Below, piece by piece: positions 29,158 to 37,972 of a stretch of 64,000 nt of DNA. The DNA is from an uncultured Chitinophaga sp. GTDB taxonomy: Bacteria; Bacteroidota; Bacteroidia; Chitinophagales; Chitinophagaceae. The stretch covers positions 22,959 through 86,958 of the forward strand of contig CAZZDQ010000005.1 of NCBI GenBank assembly GCA_964652845.1, given 5' to 3'. The position numbers and the translations under genes were made by a program. The notes under the pieces are model-generated. The model saw only the letters and a list, made by a program, of their open reading frames with translations, was not told the origin of the DNA and did not search any database. Each line of letters starts with the position of its first letter. Position 1 is the stretch's first letter.

Positions 29158-29574
29158 TTACATGCCCGGACGACTGATCGGTTTGCCGGCCAGCCATTGT
29201 TTCCAGGGATTCCAGTAATGATCATACCATCCCTTGGCAAGATGCCCGGCATGTTTTTCAGGCACATTGGCATGTGTAATATACAGGGTTGTATTCTTCC
29301 CCTTCTGTGAAAAGGACAAAACAAAAACAGAATCTCCATCCTTAGCCGTCCAGTTGGAACCCCGCCATGTCTGTACGATAAGTTTATTTTTTATGCTCTG
29401 AAGCATATTACCGGTGATATAACCGCCAAATGCCTTCATAGCGCTTCCCGGCTTTTCATTAATGGTGACCGGCATATTGCTGATCATTCCATGCAGGGTT
29501 GCATCCATATAAAGCGAATAAAGTTTTTTAGCCGTGGTGTTTTTGAAAGTGATGGTTTGGTTGAGGGTTGCCAT
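29158..29574 (-). CDS. SRPBCC/Aha1-like protein
   Basis: IVQTWR and GWYDHYWNP pattern. Confidence 0.8.
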   Translation of the reverse strand: MATLNQTITFKNTTAKKLYSLYMDATLHGMISNMPVTINEKPGSAMKAFGGYITGNMLQSIKNKLIVQTWRGSNWTAKDGDSVFVLSFSQKGKNTTLYITHANVPEKHAGHLAKGWYDHYWNPWKQWLAGKPISRPGM

Positions 29575-29660
29575 GGTCTTTGTTTTAACTAGTACAAATA
29601 TACATATACTCCAATCCGGGCTTCGGATCTATCGTTTAACCTGTATCTTCAGGATCATTC

Positions 29661-30431
29661 ATGCCGCATATTCATCTTTCATGGCCGGGCTACCAGGCCT
29701 TCCTCTTATCATGGATAGCGCTGGCAATATGTGTTTTTTTTATATTGCTGAAGATAAAAGCCCCCTACGGAAGGTATGCTTCTTCTGAATGGGGACCACA
29801 GCTTCCCAATCATATAGGATGGCTGCTGATGGAATTAACCGCGCTGGTTGTACTCTGGATCATACTATGGCCTTTTAGAAATAAGATTAGCGCACCAGCC
29901 TGGATCATGATAGGATTATTTACGATTCATTACTTCAACCGAAGCCTTGTTTTCCCCTTTCGCATCCGGACCAGGGGAAAGAAAATGCCCTGGCTGATCA
30001 CGGGATCAGCGATCCTGTTCAACTCCATCAATGGTTTTTCACTCGGTTATTATTTTACACGGTTTGCGTGTTATACCGATCGATGGTTAACGGATCCAAG
30101 GTTCATGTTGGGTGTGATCTTATTTCTTGCCGGGATGTATATCAATTGGAAAGCAGACAACATGCTGATGCGCCTGAGATATCCGGGAGAAACAGGGTAT
30201 AAAATACCAGGGGGGTGGTTATTCAACAGGATCAGTTGTCCCAATCTTTTCGGAGAATTAATCGAATGGGCCGGCTTTGCTTTTCTTGGCTGGGACCTTC
30301 CCTTCCTCGCATTTTTTATCTGGACAGCTGCGAACCTGGTACCGAGAGCACTTTCACACCACCGCTGGTACCAGGAACATTTTCCTGATTATCCTGCCGG
30401 GCGTCGGGCAATCATTCCCTTTCTCCTATAA
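29661..30431 (+). CDS. Steroid 5-alpha-reductase-like membrane oxidoreductase
   Basis: APYGRY, HYFNR, GYKIPGGWLF, SCPNLFGELIEW, NLVPRALSHHRWY and RRAIIPF, all matching the 5-alpha-reductase C-terminal family. Confidence 0.88.
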   Translation: MPHIHLSWPGYQAFLLSWIALAICVFFILLKIKAPYGRYASSEWGPQLPNHIGWLLMELTALVVLWIILWPFRNKISAPAWIMIGLFTIHYFNRSLVFPFRIRTRGKKMPWLITGSAILFNSINGFSLGYYFTRFACYTDRWLTDPRFMLGVILFLAGMYINWKADNMLMRLRYPGETGYKIPGGWLFNRISCPNLFGELIEWAGFAFLGWDLPFLAFFIWTAANLVPRALSHHRWYQEHFPDYPAGRRAIIPFLL

Positions 30432-30503
30432 GCGGGATCAATATTTTTTTACCTGAAAATGCACTTGCAATGTGGGATGCTTTCAGCAATGTAAGACGAG
30501 ATA

Positions 30504-31094
30504 CTAATTGATCTTTGATTGTACCTTTTTATAATAACGGCCTTTTTCAATTTCATCCAACACTTTATCGGGTACCAGGTAACGGGCTGATTTACCCGTT
30601 TGAATAAGCTCCCTGATCTGGGTGGCAGAAATGGAGATCAGCGGAGCCTGCAAGGCATGTATATTCTTTGGAAGATCAGTTTCAACGGGAAATCCGGAGC
30701 GCAGGTAAATATAGAGTTCATATTCTTTTAAAATGATCTCTGCGTTTTTCCATTGATGAATATTCAGGTAACCATCACTTCCCATGATAATACAAAACCG
30801 GTGCTGGGGATATTTTTCTTTCAGAAAACTAAGGGTATGGATCGTGTAAGAAGGTTGTGGTAAATCAAATTCGATATCAGATGCTTTCATACGGGTATCT
30901 TCTTCCACGGCAAGGCGAACAAGATGCAACCGGTGATACTCATTCAGTAAATTGTCTTTTTTTTTGAAGGGATTCTGCGGAGATACAATAAACCAAATTT
31001 TCTCAATACTGGTTTCATTGAGAATGTGGTTTGCAATGATCAGGTGCCCGGTGTGAATGGGATTAAAAGATCCAAAATAAAGTCCAATATACAT
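30504..31094 (-). CDS. nadD: Nicotinate-nucleotide adenylyltransferase
   Basis: GSFNPIHTGH and ISAT motifs. Confidence 0.95.
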   Translation of the reverse strand: MYIGLYFGSFNPIHTGHLIIANHILNETSIEKIWFIVSPQNPFKKKDNLLNEYHRLHLVRLAVEEDTRMKASDIEFDLPQPSYTIHTLSFLKEKYPQHRFCIIMGSDGYLNIHQWKNAEIILKEYELYIYLRSGFPVETDLPKNIHALQAPLISISATQIRELIQTGKSARYLVPDKVLDEIEKGRYYKKVQSKIN

Positions 31095-31109
31095 TTAAAA
31101 CATTGATAA

Positions 31110-31340
31110 TCAAATAGTTAATTCAACAAGTATCTGCTCAGCTTCATTCAGGCGGAGGCTTAAATTATAGCCAGCAATGATAACGGAGATCGGATCGCCA
31201 AGCGGGGCTACCTGTTCCACCACAATTTTTTCTCCCGGGACACATCCCATTTCCATTAATTTCAAAAACAGGCTGCTCTCCGTAAATTCTTTTATAACCG
31301 CCTCTTGCCCAGGCTTCAGTTCAGACAATCTTTTTTTCAT
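31110..31340 (-). CDS. feoA: FeoA-family protein
   Basis: LMEMGCVPG, PLGDP and LSLR motifs. Confidence 0.92.
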   Translation of the reverse strand: MKKRLSELKPGQEAVIKEFTESSLFLKLMEMGCVPGEKIVVEQVAPLGDPISVIIAGYNLSLRLNEAEQILVELTI

Positions 31341-31404
31341 TCATAAAAGATGATTTGCAAAATTATGATCAGCCAAATCTAATTCTTTGCGAATTTTGGC
31401 ATTT

Positions 31405-31836
31405 ATGCCCGGAGAATCAAAGATTAAATTCTTTTACCCATATAGAGACTTTTCATTGGTCAACCGCCGGCTTCTTAAGAATTTCCTGGCCTCCCTGATA
31501 AAAAAGGAGGGAAAGAGATTTAATTCCCTGCATTATGTTTTTTGTGATGATGCGTATTTGGTAAAACTCAACAAGCATTGGTTTAAGCATGATACCTATA
31601 CGGACATAATCACATTCAATCTTGGTACACCCTCCCTGATCAAGGGAGAGATTTACATCAGCGTGGAAAGAGTAAGAGAGAATGCCCAAATTTATAAAAC
31701 CAGCATATCCGGAGAGCTTAAACGCGTTATGATTCATGGCGCCCTTCATTTATGTGGCTATAAGGATAAAAAACCTTCAGAAAAACTAAAAATGAGAAAT
31801 TTGGAAGATAAATACTTAAAGGAATATATTTCTTAA
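31405..31836 (+). CDS. ybeY: rRNA maturation RNase YbeY
   Basis: TDIITF, GEIYIS and HGALHLCGYKD motifs; ATG at 31405 preferred over the upstream TTG. Confidence 0.93.
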   Translation: MPGESKIKFFYPYRDFSLVNRRLLKNFLASLIKKEGKRFNSLHYVFCDDAYLVKLNKHWFKHDTYTDIITFNLGTPSLIKGEIYISVERVRENAQIYKTSISGELKRVMIHGALHLCGYKDKKPSEKLKMRNLEDKYLKEYIS

Positions 31837-31844
31837 CTATTGAT

Positions 31845-31860
31845 TGTTCCACGTGAAAAA
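31845..31860. other. parS-like centromere site TGTTCCACGTGAAAAA
   Basis: 15/16 match to the consensus TGTTNCACGTGAAACA, in the ybeY-mnmG intergenic region. Confidence 0.7.
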
Positions 31861-31902
31861 AAAGCATAGATAATATCTAAAAAATCAGTTTTTTAATCTA
31901 AG

Positions 31903-31910
31903 TATATTTG
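31903..31910 (+). promoter_or_regulatory. -7 promoter box TATATTTG of mnmG
   Basis: TAnnTTTG ending 6 nt before the ATG at 31917. Confidence 0.65.
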
Positions 31911-31916
31911 CACCCA

Positions 31917-33779
31917 ATGTTTCCTGAATATGACATAATTGTAGTTGGCGCTGGTCATGCCGGCTGTGAAGCTGCAGCCGCGGCTGCAAATCTTGGATCC
32001 AGTACACTATTGATTACCATGAATTTACAAACAATTGCCCAAATGAGTTGTAATCCGGCCATGGGCGGAATTGCCAAGGGCCAGATTGTTCGGGAAATTG
32101 ACGCAATGGGTGGGTATTCAGGAATTGTCACAGATCTTTCAATGATTCAGTTCAGGATGCTGAATAAAAGCAAGGGACCTGCCATGTGGAGTCCCAGGGC
32201 TCAGAGCGACCGCATGCTATTTCACTTGAAATGGAGGGAGAAGTTAGAAAATACAAGTAATCTCGATTTTTACCAGGACACAGTTAAGTCATTGATTGTA
32301 AAAGGTAAAACCTGTGTTGGCGTAATTACAAATATGGGGAATGAGATTCGCGCAAAAGCAGTTGTGCTTACTAACGGAACATTTTTGAATGGAATCATTC
32401 ATATTGGCGAAAAAAATTTTGGAGGCGGAAGAATGGCTGAAAAATCCGCCACGGGAATTACTGAGCAGTTAGTGGAAATGGGTTTTGAGAGTGACAGGCT
32501 GAAAACAGGGACTCCGCCCCGGGTGGACGGCCGAAGCCTGGATTATAATAAAATGGAAGAACAACCCGGCGATGAAGAGATCACCGGGTTTTCATTCCTG
32601 GATATACCCAAACCTTCCAGCCAAAGATCCTGCTGGATCACCTATACAAATGAAACAACGCACGAGATCTTAAAGACCGGATTTGACAAAAGTCCAATGT
32701 TTACAGGAAGGATAGAAGGAGTGGGTCCCCGATATTGTCCGAGCATCGAAGACAAGATAAACCGGTTCGCGGAAAGAAAAAGACATCAGTTGTTCATTGA
32801 ACCGGAGGGCTGGAATACAGTGGAAGTATATGTAAACGGGTTTTCAACTTCACTACCAGAGTCAGTGCAATACGAAGCTCTTCGTACAATACCGGGATTT
32901 GAAAAAGCAAGGTTCTTCCGGCCGGGTTATGCCATCGAATATGATTATTTCCCGCCCACCCAATTGCATTATACCCTCGAAACAAAGGTCATTGATCATT
33001 TATTCTTTGCCGGGCAGATCAACGGCACCACAGGTTATGAAGAAGCAGCCTGCCAGGGTCTGATGGCCGGCATCAATGCCCACCAAAAGATCAGGAGAAA
33101 AGAACCGGTAATACTGAAACGAAATGAAGCGTATATCGGGGTCCTCATTGACGACCTGATCAGCAAAGGAACACAGGAACCTTATCGCATGTTCACATCA
33201 AGGGCTGAATTCAGGACCTTGTTACGCCAGGACAATGCCGACCTCCGTCTTACTGAAAAAAGCTGGCAACTGGGACTGGCTTCTGCAGAAAGAATGCAAA
33301 AAGTAAAGGCAAAGAAAAATGATGTTGAAAAGATAAAATCCCTCTTGAATGAAATGATATTAGAGCCCGGACAGATCAATGAATGGCTGCAGTCCATTGG
33401 TTCGTCCGCCATCACTGAAAAACAAAGGGCGGAAAAAATCCTTTTGCGGCCGGGGATTGAACTGGAGGATATCATAATGGCTACTGGTAACCTGAAAAAA
33501 GAACTGGGGTCTTATCCTGCCGAATCCCTCGAACAGGCAGGTATCCAGGTCAAATATGACGTATACATTGAAAGAGAAAAAGAATTGGCAGTCCGTATGC
33601 TGCAACTGGAAGAACTTGAAATACCGGAATCATTCAATTATTCAAAGATCCTTTCACTGGGAAATGAAGCAAGGGAAAAATTAATGAGGATCAAACCACG
33701 TACCCTGGGGCAAGCCAGTCGTATCTCCGGGATCAATCCAAGTGATGTACAGATATTGATGGTGTATATGGGAAGGTGA
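31917..33779 (+). CDS. mnmG: tRNA uridine-5-carboxymethylaminomethyl(34) synthesis enzyme
   Basis: GAGHAGCEAA, SCNPAMGG, RLKTGTPPR, GPRYCPSIEDK and GQINGTTGYEEA motifs. Confidence 0.98.
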   Translation: MFPEYDIIVVGAGHAGCEAAAAAANLGSSTLLITMNLQTIAQMSCNPAMGGIAKGQIVREIDAMGGYSGIVTDLSMIQFRMLNKSKGPAMWSPRAQSDRMLFHLKWREKLENTSNLDFYQDTVKSLIVKGKTCVGVITNMGNEIRAKAVVLTNGTFLNGIIHIGEKNFGGGRMAEKSATGITEQLVEMGFESDRLKTGTPPRVDGRSLDYNKMEEQPGDEEITGFSFLDIPKPSSQRSCWITYTNETTHEILKTGFDKSPMFTGRIEGVGPRYCPSIEDKINRFAERKRHQLFIEPEGWNTVEVYVNGFSTSLPESVQYEALRTIPGFEKARFFRPGYAIEYDYFPPTQLHYTLETKVIDHLFFAGQINGTTGYEEAACQGLMAGINAHQKIRRKEPVILKRNEAYIGVLIDDLISKGTQEPYRMFTSRAEFRTLLRQDNADLRLTEKSWQLGLASAERMQKVKAKKNDVEKIKSLLNEMILEPGQINEWLQSIGSSAITEKQRAEKILLRPGIELEDIIMATGNLKKELGSYPAESLEQAGIQVKYDVYIEREKELAVRMLQLEELEIPESFNYSKILSLGNEAREKLMRIKPRTLGQASRISGINPSDVQILMVYMGR

Positions 33780-34673
33780 TCAGGCGACTTCTTTCTCTTC
33801 TCCCTCGGGAAAATCATCCTGCTCCCGCTCTATCCTGCGGGTAATATCATTCAAGGAAGCCAGACGTTCCACGGTATAGGGAATGGTGTCCAGCCCCGTG
33901 ACGAAACGCTGAATATAACTGTAGATACCGATGATACTCCCCGCTTCCAGCATATTGCCCGCCGTGACCTTGTTGGTGACAAGCAGGGAGATCCCGATCA
34001 CTGCCATGACCATGATCTCCAGCACACCGAAATTCCATGCCTGCTGGTCGCTGATACGGATCTGCCATTTGCGAAGACTGCTGTAATGATTGTGGATCTT
34101 GTGGATATTGCCCCCGGCAATGACCTCCACCTGGTTTTCCAGCTCGTCATTCTTTTGTTTATTCAGGTGTTTCATCTGTTTGCCATAGAAATAACTGGCC
34201 GCGCCAACAGGGACAAGGATGGCCAGGCAGACGAGCACCACGGCGTTATCATAAAAGAATAACAATATCAGGGATCCAAGGATATTATAGGCTGCTTCGA
34301 TCACATAAATGACATCGTGTTCAAGGAAATCCACGAACTCACGGGCAAGGGTTGAATGGGCGCTGAGTTTTGAAACGTCCCGCTGACGCCGCCTGCGGCT
34401 GATGAATTGGGCAACAAGGGAAGTATAGATCGCAGTATAGGTACGGGTATCAAATCTTTGACGGATGATGCCCACCACGATATACCCGAAATGAACAGCG
34501 GTCAACAGGATCAGTCCGTCATAACTGCCCCTTATCAGGTCGTTTACCGCGATCCCGAAAAAGAAGGGCCTTAAAAGGTTGCCCAGCATTTCCAGTCCAA
34601 ACAAAATATAAGTGAATACCAGCTTCCACCGGTATTCCTTCATCAGTCTGCGTAATATTCCAAAGCGGGACAT
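33780..34673 (-). CDS. Stand-alone ABC-transporter six-TM domain protein (no ATPase)
   Basis: Hydrophobic helices with an ABC-exporter-like pattern (AREFVDFLE); no Walker motifs. Confidence 0.7.
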   Translation of the reverse strand: MSRFGILRRLMKEYRWKLVFTYILFGLEMLGNLLRPFFFGIAVNDLIRGSYDGLILLTAVHFGYIVVGIIRQRFDTRTYTAIYTSLVAQFISRRRRQRDVSKLSAHSTLAREFVDFLEHDVIYVIEAAYNILGSLILLFFYDNAVVLVCLAILVPVGAASYFYGKQMKHLNKQKNDELENQVEVIAGGNIHKIHNHYSSLRKWQIRISDQQAWNFGVLEIMVMAVIGISLLVTNKVTAGNMLEAGSIIGIYSYIQRFVTGLDTIPYTVERLASLNDITRRIEREQDDFPEGEEKEVA

Positions 34674-34838
34674 GGCTATTCCTTTTCAGGGTAATAAAAT
34701 TCGTCGATGATCAAGAATTTAAGGGTAAATTTTTGACCCGGTCACTATAAGTAAGTTTAAGATTCCGGGTCCGGCATTAAGCCAAAATTATCGAAAAAGA
34801 ATTTTGCGTTGAGGGAATTAACAATTAAAATTTTATTA

Positions 34839-36266
34839 TTATTTCTTCAATGATAACTCAGTGTTTGTTAGACTATTGTGTTTAATCCCCTGAATATTAC
34901 CGCGGCAATTTTTACTACCGCAATTACATTGAAAAGCTTCCATATTTTCATCTAAAAACGAGGAATAATCAAGTGTTAATTCTTCTTCTTTTTTGATGTT
35001 CCTGGCTGCCATTGTGTTCAGTCCGTCAAAAACGGTATTGGGGTCGCAACTATGGTTTTGAGGCGCCCATTCCGAAGGGTCCTCATCCCATAAGGCGTAC
35101 ACTTCTTCGCTCAACGGATAAGCATAACGCCGGAAATGATTTTTCTCGTTCTCATCCCAATGTTTTTCAACAAAGCGCCTTGTAATGATCCGTTGGGCCT
35201 TGCCTTCCCCGGTGAATATGACCTCCCCCTTCCTGATCTCACGGGTGGCATAGATCCCAAAGCCTGCGATCGAATTGCCTTTCATCCGGAAAGGCCTGAA
35301 CTTCCGCTTGTGCCGGGCGATGCCTTCGGCAATAATATGTTTCAGGAAACCTGCCTGACCCGCACCGTCGAATTTCAATACATAATCTGCGGAGCCTTCA
35401 TAGCCGCCCGTATAAAAAACAGAACATGTGAAATTAACCTCCAGGAAATAGATCTCATTCCGCTCGTTTACCCTGAAATCCATGCGGGCATATCCCACCC
35501 CGCTGAAACCCTTGAAAATTTTTTCTGCGGCCGACCGCAGCGCTTTATCCAATACCGCATCCTCGCATGGGAAATTGCAATCGGGGTGCAGTTCCGAGGT
35601 TTTGAGTGAGTAGGTCTTGAAAGACTTGCCCGTGGGGAAACGGTATTCTACCGGCAAATAGACCGTGCACTCGTTTTCCATTTCGTTCGCAGCAACCAGC
35701 ACTGTGAACTCACGTCCTTCGATGAATTCTTCGATCAGGAGATTTTTGAATTCAGGAAGGATCGCACGGCATTTATCGGAAAGCTGTTGTTCATTATAAA
35801 CAAGGGAATGCTCATCAACGCCGAGGCTATCGCCGGCCTTGGCGGGTTTTACAAACAGGGGATATTGAAGATGCTTCACCGCTGAAGTAAGATCATGCAG
35901 ATCATGAATAAGCACATATCCCGGGGTTTTCACCCCTTCGCAAAACGCCATGTATTTCATCAGCTCTTTGGGAGGATCATATAGTTTGACTGTAGGCCCG
36001 GTGTGGGGCAGGTTGAGCAGGTCAAAACTATAGATCACATCAATGGAGGGGACCTCCCATTCGAGGTAACCCTCGCAAAGGTTTACGAAAATATCAAACC
36101 CCTGTCCGCCTAACTCTTTCAGTTGTTTATAGGTAGTGAGTTTGTTCAGGAAAACATGGTGTACTTCATCCTGCGGCAAAAGCGGTGACAGGTTACGGGG
36201 CGGATCATAATTCTTGTAATCGACACCGGTGGTGGAATAATCGGGTTGTAACACACACACTTTCAT
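34839..36266 (-). CDS. Ddl-like ATP-grasp ligase fused to a C-terminal SET/post-SET methyltransferase
   Basis: ATP-grasp: YPLFVKP, IEEFIEGREFTV, ARMDFR, FLEVN. SET: GFGIYA, NHSCDPN, ELTLDY. Post-SET: CNCGSKNC. Confidence 0.9.
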   Translation of the reverse strand: MKVCVLQPDYSTTGVDYKNYDPPRNLSPLLPQDEVHHVFLNKLTTYKQLKELGGQGFDIFVNLCEGYLEWEVPSIDVIYSFDLLNLPHTGPTVKLYDPPKELMKYMAFCEGVKTPGYVLIHDLHDLTSAVKHLQYPLFVKPAKAGDSLGVDEHSLVYNEQQLSDKCRAILPEFKNLLIEEFIEGREFTVLVAANEMENECTVYLPVEYRFPTGKSFKTYSLKTSELHPDCNFPCEDAVLDKALRSAAEKIFKGFSGVGYARMDFRVNERNEIYFLEVNFTCSVFYTGGYEGSADYVLKFDGAGQAGFLKHIIAEGIARHKRKFRPFRMKGNSIAGFGIYATREIRKGEVIFTGEGKAQRIITRRFVEKHWDENEKNHFRRYAYPLSEEVYALWDEDPSEWAPQNHSCDPNTVFDGLNTMAARNIKKEEELTLDYSSFLDENMEAFQCNCGSKNCRGNIQGIKHNSLTNTELSLKK

Positions 36267-36317
36267 AACAGGGAAGCGGGGAAATAACGCATGGTTGATT
36301 TGGATAAAAGGCCGTGT

Positions 36318-37457
36318 TTACACGGCAATGGCGACAGCTTTTTTGCGATACATGCTGTTTGCCCCGACAGCATATCTTTTGATGGCATCCTTTAAAATAT
36401 CTTCCATTGCGGATATAAAGCTGATGTCCGAAAACTTAAGAATAGCTCCGATAGAAGTATAATCCGCGTCCTCACTCAGACCGCATTGCGCATTTACTTC
36501 CAGCACATACAGGGTGTCGGTTGCATCATCCTGCCGGATATCAATTCTTGTATAACCATACCCGCTGCAGGCCGCATAAGCTTCCAGGCTGATTTTTTTT
36601 AATTGGGCCGCCAGCTTTTTTTCTACCGGCTGATAGGAATAGAAATATTCATTGTCAGGCATGGCGCTTTCCTGGTCATAGAATTCCCATAACCTGCCAA
36701 AGGATAAAAATCTTTCTTCCTCGGGCAGGGATTTGTGAAATACCCTTTCGGCAGGTTCATACACGTAACAATTTTTCAGATCAGCGGTCCCCGTGATGAA
36801 CGTGGTGAACTCACGACCTTTAATGAATTGTTCCACGAATAAGCCGTCGCCCATCAGGTTCCAGCTGCGAAATCCTTTACAGATCTCCGTTATCCGTTCT
36901 TTTAATTCGGCGGAATTGTGGATCACATTATTGACCGCAATACCCATACTGCCGCCCGAAACAGCAGGTTTGATGATCAGCGGGGGTGGGATCTGGTTGC
37001 AAATATTGCGCAGCAGGATGGGGTTATTCTTGATGACTGCCCAGCGGGGTGTACTGATCCCATATTTATCAAATACCCTTTTCATCGGGATCTTGGAAGT
37101 GGTCAGTTCAAAGAAATGCGTGTTGGAGCCCGTATAAATGAGATCATATTTTTCCAGCTCCCGGATGACGGAAATGCCCGGAGCCCCATTGATCTCGTCG
37201 CCGTCGCACAAATTCAATACAAGCGGCCGGAGACCATTGGAAGAGGCAGCGATCTGTTTGATGACCATTTTATGATTGCCCATGTTTAGGGGTTGCCATT
37301 TCCATTGTACACCCAGTGCAGCGAACACGCGTGTATATTCTGCTATACTTTGTGTAAAGTCGTAATACTCCCGCAGTTTCGGGTCATCGGTTTCCAGCTC
37401 CGGGGCCAGCACCCAGATAAAATAGTTTTTCAACTGGTATGACAGTTTACCGGCCAT
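36318..37457 (-). CDS. Ddl-like ATP-grasp ligase
   Basis: PLIIKPAVSGGSMG, VEQFIKGREFT, TRIDIR and VLEVN motifs. Confidence 0.88.
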   Translation of the reverse strand: MAGKLSYQLKNYFIWVLAPELETDDPKLREYYDFTQSIAEYTRVFAALGVQWKWQPLNMGNHKMVIKQIAASSNGLRPLVLNLCDGDEINGAPGISVIRELEKYDLIYTGSNTHFFELTTSKIPMKRVFDKYGISTPRWAVIKNNPILLRNICNQIPPPLIIKPAVSGGSMGIAVNNVIHNSAELKERITEICKGFRSWNLMGDGLFVEQFIKGREFTTFITGTADLKNCYVYEPAERVFHKSLPEEERFLSFGRLWEFYDQESAMPDNEYFYSYQPVEKKLAAQLKKISLEAYAACSGYGYTRIDIRQDDATDTLYVLEVNAQCGLSEDADYTSIGAILKFSDISFISAMEDILKDAIKRYAVGANSMYRKKAVAIAV

Positions 37458-37462
37458 GGGGA

Positions 37463-37972
37463 TCAGGCAACTTTTCTTTTGGCTGCACGGCGGGCCAGCA
37501 TTCCGGCAATGAAATCAGTGAAACGGTATTTTTCCACTGCTTCACGGGACAGGTAAGCGGCTCCTCTTATTTCGCCCAGGCAACAAGGCTTGTCGCAAAA
37601 ACACCGGAAGGAGCGGTCCATTTTCCATTCGGAGGAAGGATAGAAGAAAGTGAATTCATCACCGGCCTGTACAGGTTTTAATGCGATCAGTTTCATGGTG
37701 GTCGTATCAAAAAACACATTGGGATCGCAGCTGTGATTGATGTATTGCAAAAACTCAGGGTCCAGCGTGATATGTTTTTTGGGGCCGACCTGGATCGTCA
37801 GGTAAGTGGGCTCCGCTGCAATGGAAGAAGCCGAAAAATCCGAAACGATATCCCCCGCATTCCATGAACGAAGGGCAAATAGGGCCTGCTGATTGTTGTT
37901 GAGATTTTTTCGTACTTCAGCGATAATATGGTGGCTGATCGTACGATAAGGAGGAAGGGTTCCTGTATCCAT
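37463..37972 (-). CDS. SET-domain protein
   Basis: INHSCDPN, DEFTFFYP and post-SET CFCDKPCC motifs. Confidence 0.88.
   Translation of the reverse strand: MDTGTLPPYRTISHHIIAEVRKNLNNNQQALFALRSWNAGDIVSDFSASSIAAEPTYLTIQVGPKKHITLDPEFLQYINHSCDPNVFFDTTTMKLIALKPVQAGDEFTFFYPSSEWKMDRSFRCFCDKPCCLGEIRGAAYLSREAVEKYRFTDFIAGMLARRAAKRKVA

Noticed and set aside
31340-31916. oriC itself
   Set aside because: The intergenic gaps are short and I found no cluster of DnaA boxes (TTATCCACA); only the parS-like site is supported.
34839-37457. Housekeeping ddl or a van resistance cluster
   Set aside because: Ddl substrate-binding motifs are replaced, and there are no mur/fts or vanH/vanX/vanR neighbours.
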